DNA of 14,032 nt from a virus, in the UHGV virus genome UHGV-0332040. The stretch is one strand, 5' to 3'. Shown piece by piece: positions 6,480 to 12,295 of the stretch. Numbering within the stretch: the stretch's first letter is position 1; each line of letters starts with the position of its first letter. A program made the position numbers and the translations under genes. Below the pieces are notes generated by a model. That model searched no databases. It was not told where the DNA came from and saw only the letters and a list, made by a program, of their open reading frames with translations.

Positions 6480-6920
6480 AGTTAGAGTCGTCTCGCTACA
6501 TATCCCCGCCGGATTGCCAGCGCGGCTAACACGGTTGTGAGGAGCGCCGAGCATCACAGCGGACGCAGGCCGATGAACGAGCCGTAGGTGAGTGAAAGCG
6601 GACTCGCGGACGCGAGAAGCGCAGCAGCAGGCGGCGACTGATAAACGAGCCAGACAGGTGAGTGCAAGCAGGCGTAAGCACTGCACCGTTGAGAGGTGTG
6701 GAGACGGCGGAACGTCTCCGCGTTAGGGAGGTGGATTTGGGGAGGATGTGCAAGGCACACCTCGCTCCACCCACGGGGTGTCGGTGGGTAGGGGTATAAC
6801 GCTAATTGGTTAAGTGTACACATGTACGCTGAAATCATTAAAAGCCTATAGAAACAGCATGTAACCCAGCACCACGACATAACCAATTATCGTTGAACCC
6901 CCTCCCCGGCCCCACCCGGA
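6480..6920. ncRNA. Candidate large structured non-coding element (GC- and purine-rich on the plus strand)
   Basis: There is no credible ORF; the three minus-strand frames are open only because that strand is pyrimidine-rich. Five strong hairpins lie at 6603-6616, 6657-6687, 6700-6719, 6742-6763 and 6769-6789. Two ~30-nt degenerate repeat units lie 68 nt apart (6572-6601 and 6640-6672). G-runs at 6726-6745 and 6775-6794 face a C-run at 6898-6919. AT-rich sequence flanks the island. Confidence 0.3.
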
Positions 6921-7089
6921 ATTTTTCAGTGATGAATCACTTCACAATCTGATCTCGATGTTCATCGTCTGGCACGGCTAAAGCCCCGCCATCTCTTCAC
7001 ATCGAGAGCCGCAAGTAATACGAAAATACATTATAAATCATAGCATTACGACATCGCGCATAACATAACGCTCTGAAATTAATACGAAA

Positions 7090-7207
7090 GCTGTAGGTCA
7101 TCCATCACCCACAGCCCAGTAACGGCCAGTGCTGGCACCTCATTTGGCTGTAGGTCAGCCCGACCCCACCGCCCAATAACCCCACCCGGCAGCAATGGCA
7201 CGGCACC
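7090..7207. repeat. Tandem pair of ~50-60 bp degenerate direct repeats starting GCTGTAGGTCA
   Basis: Unit 1 is 7090-7139 and unit 2 is 7147-7207. Both begin GCTGTAGGTCA and end ...GGCACC. TAATACGAAA is duplicated just upstream at 7016-7025 and 7080-7089. Confidence 0.65.
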
Positions 7208-7329
7208 AGACGCAGCGTAACGATCTCTGAGTTGATAAATCACTTAGGGCAGCGTAACCCACACCCAACGGCTCACATCCTCGCAGAGAGGCTCACAGAT
7301 CACCTCGTGACATTTCACAGCATCAACCC

Positions 7330-7953
7330 TCAGACGCTGGCAGCCAGCTCACGCTTAATGCGGTAGAACGTTGCCCGGCTTATCCCGGCAGCTTTCATGA
7401 TGCGCTCCGGTTTCACACCCTGCGCCAGCATTTCCCTGACGGTCTCGCGAGCGGCGGCATCCTTCTGACTCCCACGATAAAGCCCCTCAGCTTTGGCTCG
7501 TTCAATGCCCTGCCGCTGGCGCATCAGTCGCGTCTCGTAGTCCACGCGGGCCATTGTAGCGAGGATATCGATCAGCATTGCGTTAACGGCTCTGAGGATG
7601 CCGCTGGTTAGCTCTGACGCGGTTTCGTTCAGCAACTGCCACGAGGTTGGCAGGTCAACGGCGACGATCACCAGCCCCTTATCCTGAATCCTCTGTTTCA
7701 GTGTCGCCCATTCCTTTTGTGTCAGGCGGCTTAGCCTGTCTATGCTTTCGACAAGTAGAACGTCGCCAGCCTCCGCCTCACCCAGCAGGCGCATCAGTTC
7801 AGGACGCTCCAGCCGCGCACCGCTGGCGTTCTCGATGTATCGCGCAGCAATAGACCAACCACGCTCATTAGCGAAATCCTCCAGCGCAGGAACGGCACGG
7901 TCGGCGTGTTGCTCGGCGGTGGATGCCCTGGCATACAGACGAACGTTATTCAT
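7330..7953 (-). CDS. Small serine recombinase (resolvase/invertase family, 207 aa)
   Basis: The N-terminal RLYARASTAEQ carries the catalytic-serine motif. VLLVESIDRLSRL is the resolvase core motif. ISRATFYRIKRE is the C-terminal HTH. GGAGGG lies 6 nt upstream of the ATG at 7953. Confidence 0.9.
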   Translation of the reverse strand: MNNVRLYARASTAEQHADRAVPALEDFANERGWSIAARYIENASGARLERPELMRLLGEAEAGDVLLVESIDRLSRLTQKEWATLKQRIQDKGLVIVAVDLPTSWQLLNETASELTSGILRAVNAMLIDILATMARVDYETRLMRQRQGIERAKAEGLYRGSQKDAAARETVREMLAQGVKPERIMKAAGISRATFYRIKRELAASV

Positions 7954-8062
7954 GATTCACCCTCCAAATCTCAGTGAAGTATCACATCCCGACATGAAGG
8001 AGATCACACTTAAAAACCGTGGTCAATAGGGTATAAAATAAATTTGATTGCGACAGCTTAGG

Positions 8063-8210
8063 CACATCACAATGCGGTATACCCGGATGAGACAGAGACA
8101 GCCAGCGGCAGACTGGCACCGAGTCACAGCAAAACCCCGGCGCACCCAGCGAACGCAGCGCAAAGCGCACACAGGAGATCAGCACGGCACCGCCACGATC
8201 TCGAAATCAC
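8063..8210. repeat. Right-hand copy of a direct repeat that also occurs left of the recombinase gene (6938-7243)
   Basis: Shared motifs are collinear. CACWTCACAAT lies at 6938 and 8063. CGGCAG-N3-TGGCAC lies at 7187 and 8105. GCACGGCACC lies at 7198 and 8182. ACGATCTC lies at 7220 and 8195. AAATCAC lies at 7237 and 8204. Confidence 0.6.
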
Positions 8211-8536
8211 AAAGGCGTTGAATCAAACATTGCAACCGCAGCAGTAACCAGCCAGCATTTCGCGCCTGCAACGGTTGTCTCGGATGAGCAAAATCTTAGG
8301 GTTTTCTCAGCGACCCCTGACGCGCGGGCACGCACATGCGCACGGGGGCGCGGGCGAGCTATACAGTTGAGGGAGGGGCAACCATAAGCGTGCAATTTTT
8401 CAAGCCGGGACTTTTAACAGTGGGATTGTGAGGCTATTTTGCATTCAGAGAGTGAGGCTGTAGGGTAGCTCCCCTTGAACCAGATAACGCTAAGCTAACC
8501 ATTTTCCCCACTGCTTAAGCCACTTTGCGTTGACGT

Positions 8537-9037
8537 TCAGCACCCCACAGCAGCATTATCCGGCATCAGAAACGGAATCAGTTTAGTATCACCATGCACA
8601 TATAACGGGTGCATAGGCTCTCCCGTTGCGTTAATTTTAAAACACTTCGTATCTACAGGAAGGAACGCCCGTACTACGGCAGAGCGTTTCAGGTGCCGCC
8701 CTTCATTCCCCCACGCAGCAACAACGATACCAGCACCAGCTATCAATTCTGCCAGATACTTATCATTATCCGCCCCGACAGGCTCCGGGAATCTCATCAT
8801 CTCAAAGCGGTCAGTACACACATACGCGAACAGGTTCGCGATACGTACCCCCCCGAAGCCCCAGCTCTGCGCAAATGAGATACAACGTTTCAGTGTGGGG
8901 TCGTCAAGCTCTGCGTCCGCATACGATGGATTCAAACCGATGAAAAGAGCATAAGGCTTTGCAGCGTCCCACGTTCTGGAAATAGCGTAACGGTACTTCC
9001 CGCACACAGAGAAGATCGCGTCTTTGTTCACATCCAT
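8537..9037 (-). CDS. DUF1643-family protein (166 aa)
   Basis: From memory, this is the strong family pattern of DUF1643 proteins. It includes CGKYRY...R.W, LFIGLNPSYAD, DDPTLKRCISFAQSWGFGG, NLFAY, AAWGN and HPLY...TKLIPF. The start ATG at 9037 lies 2 nt after the stop of the upstream small ORF, with GAGGG as its SD. Confidence 0.85.
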   Translation of the reverse strand: MDVNKDAIFSVCGKYRYAISRTWDAAKPYALFIGLNPSYADAELDDPTLKRCISFAQSWGFGGVRIANLFAYVCTDRFEMMRFPEPVGADNDKYLAELIAGAGIVVAAWGNEGRHLKRSAVVRAFLPVDTKCFKINATGEPMHPLYVHGDTKLIPFLMPDNAAVGC

Positions 9038-9039
9038 GA

Positions 9040-9180
9040 TTAACCCTCTTCACTACGTTTATCATCCCGCATCGAGTCAATGAAGTCGCGTTGCTCCTGC
9101 GTCAGTTCCAGATTTTCTAACAACTTGTCTAATTCTATTTCGGCGGATTCTTGCTTCTGCAAACGCTCTTTGTCAGCCAT
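9040..9180 (-). CDS. Small highly charged coiled-coil-like protein (46 aa), below the ORF-track cutoff
   Basis: Hand translation gives MADKERLQKQESAEIELDKLLENLELTQEQRDFIDSMRDDKRSEEG. Its stop TAA (9040-9042) is followed 2 nt later by the ATG of the DUF1643 gene. An AT-rich promoter-like region lies upstream. Its own SD is weak. Confidence 0.5.
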   Translation of the reverse strand: MADKERLQKQESAEIELDKLLENLELTQEQRDFIDSMRDDKRSEEG

Positions 9181-9205
9181 GCCAAGCCCCACAAGATTAG
9201 GATTA

Positions 9206-9233
9206 ATCTTAGGCTACAAAATGATCAATACAA
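9206..9233 (-). promoter_or_regulatory. Candidate promoter of the small-ORF/DUF1643 operon (TTGTAT-16 nt-TAAGAT)
   Basis: On the minus strand the -35 is TTGTAT (9228-9233) and the -10 is TAAGAT (9206-9211). The motif CAATCCGTT (9238-9246, minus strand) abuts the -35. Confidence 0.3.
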
Positions 9234-9785
9234 ATGCAACGGATTGTTATTTATTACAGATACAAGAATTAAGGGGGAAATAATCAGGAGGGGATGCCCC
9301 GGACTGCCAGCACAGAACCGGGGCGAATGCGGACGGAGCCACCCATCAGCCGAATAACCATAGCCTATTTTCTGGCAATAGCAAGCCATAAGCGCCGTGT
9401 TGGGTACACTCAGCAGCAGCGCCATCGGCGCATCATCATCTCAATCTTGTACAATCATCCGTTCACTTATCGAGTACCGTTCATTTATGGCACGGTGAAC
9501 ACCACGGCAGAGCCAGCCCCTTTCCCGGACTGGTTAGGCTTCCCAACATCAGCTCGTTTATCCGTGGCGTGTCATCACGACAGGCGGGAACCGGACACCG
9601 CGCTAAGTGCGGAACAGATGAATGTTTCAGGGAATCATGCCGGGTGAACGGCTTTCAGTTCATGTTGGACTATCGCGGTATGACCAGTGGAACGACCGCC
9701 AGCGCTTTGCTAAACTCCCTGTTCACCGTTCAACAAATCGCGGCAACTATCAGGGTAAATAGCGGTACTTTGGTCACATCACCTT

Positions 9786-9875
9786 AGAGCTAACTCATTG
9801 AGTTATAAGGCTTTTAATGGGCTGGAGCGGGCGAAGGGAATCGAACCCTCATAGCTAACCCATTGAATTGTGAAC
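9786..9875. repeat. Imperfect 25-bp direct repeats bracketing the att core (AGCTAACYCATTGARTT)
   Basis: The copies at 9786-9810 and 9851-9875 match at about 18 of 25 positions by hand alignment. A further 9-mer, GCGGTACTT, lies at 9762-9770 and 9890-9898. Confidence 0.65.
9823..9850 (-). other. att core: 28-nt copy of the 3' end (T-arm, acceptor 3' strand, CCA) of tRNA-Gly(CCC), glyU type; not a complete tRNA
   Basis: The minus strand reads GAGGGTTCGATTCCCTTCGCCCGCTCCA. As I recall it, this matches the 3' end of E. coli glyU. Sequence 5' of it on the minus strand (9851 onward) cannot form the acceptor, D or anticodon arms. Confidence 0.85.
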
Positions 9876-9938
9876 CAAAATAAGTAATCGCGGTACTTAT
9901 CCCGGTAGTTGGTAGCGGTAGATTACAAGGTAATTACC

Positions 9939-11165
9939 ATGCCAATCAAGAAGACTTCTTATCTTTATGCAAACAAAGATGGGATATTCATCTTTCAAAT
10001 CTTTATCCCGGTGTACATGCGCCACTTATGGCACGGGCGGCGCTCACTCAAGAAATCGACAGGCACGCGGGACATCATGCAAGCTCGCATATTCCGTGAC
10101 CAATACTTATTAGAGTTCCGAAAGCTCCAGCTCATGATGAAACCGGATAACCCTATAAACCGGATTCATTCTGCTATTTCAGATCTTCACTTACTGGCGG
10201 GAATATCCAGCGACATTACCGCGCCCGTAACTACTCCAGCAGAACGAGGGAAACCAGCGTCGCCAAAATTGACAGATGTCAGTAAAGAATATGCAGAGCA
10301 ATACAAAGATCGGCGCTCTTATTCCACATTGAGTAAATCCGCTCGCGCTGTATCAGCATTCACTAAATCAACTAAGCGCCCAACAATTACAATAAACGGA
10401 ATCGGGCGGCGGCTCGTCTCTGACTTTCTGAAAGCGAACCAAGATAAGTTTTCCCGGCAGACGATGCAAAACTGGTTAACTTGCTTAGGTACGCTGTACG
10501 ACTTCGCCCGGCGTAAATATGACAATATCGCCCCTGATAATCCCTTTCACGGCCACAATCTGGAAGCCCGTCAGACAAACGAAAGTTACCAGCCGTTTGA
10601 ACCGCACCAGCTACAGACATTAACAAAAAAGGCAGGTGACGAAATAAGGGATGTAATAATAATCGGGCTGTATTCCGGGATGCGTCTTGATGAAATAGCC
10701 AGCATTAAACGGGATGAGGTTGTCACCATCGACGGCGTGCGGTGTTTCTATGTCAGTAAATCAAAAACAAAGGCGGGTATAAGGCATGTCCCTGTACACT
10801 CGCTGTTATTTGACATTGTTGATAAATACCTCGCGCAAAACAGCGGGGAGTACCTGCTCCCCCAATCCAACAAAATTAAACGCGCGGATGGTAAACGTGG
10901 GCCGTGGTATTCTCAGACATTTACCCGCTTACGTCGCCGGGTACTACCAACAGCCACAGAGCGCCAGTGTTTCCACTCCCTGCGTGGTCACTTCATCACC
11001 TGCTTAGACCGGGCAGGTGTACCAGAACAGCGCATAGGAGCTATTACCGGGCATACAGAGAAAAAGGCAAAGACGGAAGCATTTAAAACGTACAGCCAAG
11101 GGGCTGGGATGAAAGAACTATCTGAATACGTAGAGCTGGTAAGTTATCCAGAACTTGAATCATAA
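9939..11165 (+). CDS. int: Tyrosine recombinase / phage-type integrase (408 aa)
   Basis: The C-terminal catalytic pattern is present: GMRLDEI (Arg), HSLRGH (His-x-x-Arg) and GHTEK...FKTY (His and Tyr). It lies directly next to the tRNA-derived att core. The start is trimmed to the ATG at 9939; the track start at 9909 is a TTG. Confidence 0.9.
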   Translation: MPIKKTSYLYANKDGIFIFQIFIPVYMRHLWHGRRSLKKSTGTRDIMQARIFRDQYLLEFRKLQLMMKPDNPINRIHSAISDLHLLAGISSDITAPVTTPAERGKPASPKLTDVSKEYAEQYKDRRSYSTLSKSARAVSAFTKSTKRPTITINGIGRRLVSDFLKANQDKFSRQTMQNWLTCLGTLYDFARRKYDNIAPDNPFHGHNLEARQTNESYQPFEPHQLQTLTKKAGDEIRDVIIIGLYSGMRLDEIASIKRDEVVTIDGVRCFYVSKSKTKAGIRHVPVHSLLFDIVDKYLAQNSGEYLLPQSNKIKRADGKRGPWYSQTFTRLRRRVLPTATERQCFHSLRGHFITCLDRAGVPEQRIGAITGHTEKKAKTEAFKTYSQGAGMKELSEYVELVSYPELES

Positions 11166-11167
11166 TT

Positions 11168-11596
11168 TCAGGCAGGGTAAATAATCCCCAGCCCGCGATA
11201 CTGGCGGCGGTATTCTCTGACCAGAGCATCCGCCGTCGCCCTCGGCAGCTTCGCCATATGCCCGGTACGATAGCCACCCTCGGCAGAATTCGCTGCACGA
11301 TGTACAACAGCCCGCACGCGCCCGGTTCTGTGGTCGTGGTCGAGGGTCGTGCTGCTGAACGCAACAGCCCGCCCGGTAACGGCACACCGTCGATACTGAT
11401 AATTCCACAGAAAGCAACGCACCGCAGCCACGTCAGCACGGCGCAACTCCAGTCGCCCTGAACCATTCAACAGGAGGCGATACACATCGTCGAATGCAGC
11501 AGCGTTTCTAACGCGCTCAGCCAGCGGCATATTGCCAAGGAACTCCAGATAATCCCGCATTGCTTTTCTTAAAAGTTGGTCTGTCCGTGTAACCAT
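11168..11596 (-). CDS. Endonuclease VII-family (His-Me finger) protein lacking most zinc-binding cysteines (142 aa)
   Basis: CAVTGRAVAFSSTTLDHDHRTGRVRAVVHRAANSAEG aligns with the family pattern CxxCG...DHDHxTGxVRGLLCxxCNxxLG. The DHDH and Asn are retained but 3 of 4 Cys are replaced. GGAG lies about 10 nt upstream of the ATG at 11596. Confidence 0.7.
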   Translation of the reverse strand: MVTRTDQLLRKAMRDYLEFLGNMPLAERVRNAAAFDDVYRLLLNGSGRLELRRADVAAVRCFLWNYQYRRCAVTGRAVAFSSTTLDHDHRTGRVRAVVHRAANSAEGGYRTGHMAKLPRATADALVREYRRQYRGLGIIYPA

Positions 11597-11868
11597 GATT
11601 CAAAGTCTCCATTGTCAGACACAGCCCGCTTGCAGGCTTCGTATTCTTCGCGCTGGCGTTGGCATACCAGAGCATAAAGCTCATCAGCCACCGCATTTAC
11701 GCGCCTATCACTGATACCGTTGCGACGCATCTGCCCCAGCAGCTTACGAAATTCAGCCTCAAGCTCAGGCTCTCCTGTATCCATTACCCACTGTTTCAAG
11801 TCAGCGAGTGCGCCAGTCATTGGCGGCGGCTCGATGTACCGCCACCTTAATTTAATCGTCAAAGCCAT
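11569..11868 (-). CDS. Hypothetical protein (99 aa)
   Basis: The start is placed at the ATG at 11868, with GAGG 7 nt upstream. Alternative starts lie at 11874 and 11820. The gene overlaps both neighbours, as is typical of phage late clusters. No motif recognised. Confidence 0.5.
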   Translation of the reverse strand: MALTIKLRWRYIEPPPMTGALADLKQWVMDTGEPELEAEFRKLLGQMRRNGISDRRVNAVADELYALVCQRQREEYEACKRAVSDNGDFESWLHGQTNF

Positions 11869-12277
11869 AAGCATTCCTCTTTATATCGTTTGCTCTCGCT
11901 TCACTGGCTTGTTTAAGCGTCATTCCTTCGATAGCTATATCCAGCAGTTCCTTTTGCTTACCAGCCAATCGCAAGGCGCTGTCTCTCCAGCAAAGCAGAA
12001 AGAAGATTGTCAGCACCTGTTTACTCAATCCATCCAGAAGATCGCCAAGTCCTTGATCCAGCAGACAGGCACGCCATGCAGCAGCGTGCTGCGTCATAGC
12101 ACCGACTATCGGGATAGGTGCGCCAAGCATCGTCGCAAGCTGACTCATAACACTATTAGCATCGCCCGGATGCAGCCGGGGAATAGTCATGCGGCCAGCC
12201 TGCGCCAACAGCTCGGCGTACCTCTGGCGACGTGGGTCATCACATGCCAGCGGTTTAATTGGCTTTTCATCAGCCAT
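11852..12277 (-). CDS. Hypothetical protein (141 aa)
   Basis: GGAGG lies 8 nt upstream of the ATG at 12277. It follows the HNH gene after an 18-nt gap. No motif recognised. Confidence 0.6.
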   Translation of the reverse strand: MADEKPIKPLACDDPRRQRYAELLAQAGRMTIPRLHPGDANSVMSQLATMLGAPIPIVGAMTQHAAAWRACLLDQGLGDLLDGLSKQVLTIFFLLCWRDSALRLAGKQKELLDIAIEGMTLKQASEARANDIKRNAYGFDD

Positions 12278-12295
12278 ATATGGAACCTCCGAGGA

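Noticed and set aside
6572-6616. GAGCCGTAGG...GAAAGC resembling a group II intron domain V
   Set aside because: The complementary 3' strand (..CCTACGGYTC) is absent. There is no GUGYG 5' end and no intron-encoded protein.
6790-6860. tRNA-like D-arm (CGCT-AATTGGTTA-AGTG) after GGGGTAT
   Set aside because: No anticodon stem, T-arm or complementary acceptor strand can be formed, so it is not a tRNA.
6474-6886. Three overlapping minus-strand ORFs (70, 82 and 110 aa) covering the GC-rich island
   Set aside because: All three reading frames are open at once because the minus strand is pyrimidine-rich and therefore poor in stop codons. They have no SD sites. The products are low-complexity (Arg/Ser/Cys/Leu-rich) with no motifs. 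I treat them as a composition artefact.
8207-8395. 62-aa minus-strand ORF in the GC-rich block right of the recombinase
   Set aside because: It has no RBS, an Ala/Arg/Cys-rich low-complexity product, and lies in repeat- and palindrome-rich sequence.
5561-8464. Possibility that the dispersed repeats form a CRISPR array
   Set aside because: The repeats are degenerate, irregularly spaced and of several unrelated families. The window has no cas genes and no regular repeat-spacer periodicity.
9294-9647. 117-aa plus-strand ORF preceded by AGGAGG
   Set aside because: The SD ends only 2 nt from the ATG. The product is Arg/Pro/Thr-rich and low-complexity, uses rare codons and overlaps the att-arm repeat motifs. 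I cannot exclude that it is real, but I cannot support it.
9569-9787. 72-codon ORF ending 36 nt before the att core, with an HTH-like C-terminus (FTVQQIAATIRVNSGTL); considered as an excisionase (Xis/AlpA)
   Set aside because: It has a GTG start without an RBS. The HTH-like stretch is at the extreme C-terminus with no following wing, unlike AlpA or MerR-type excisionases. It could at most be a truncated remnant.
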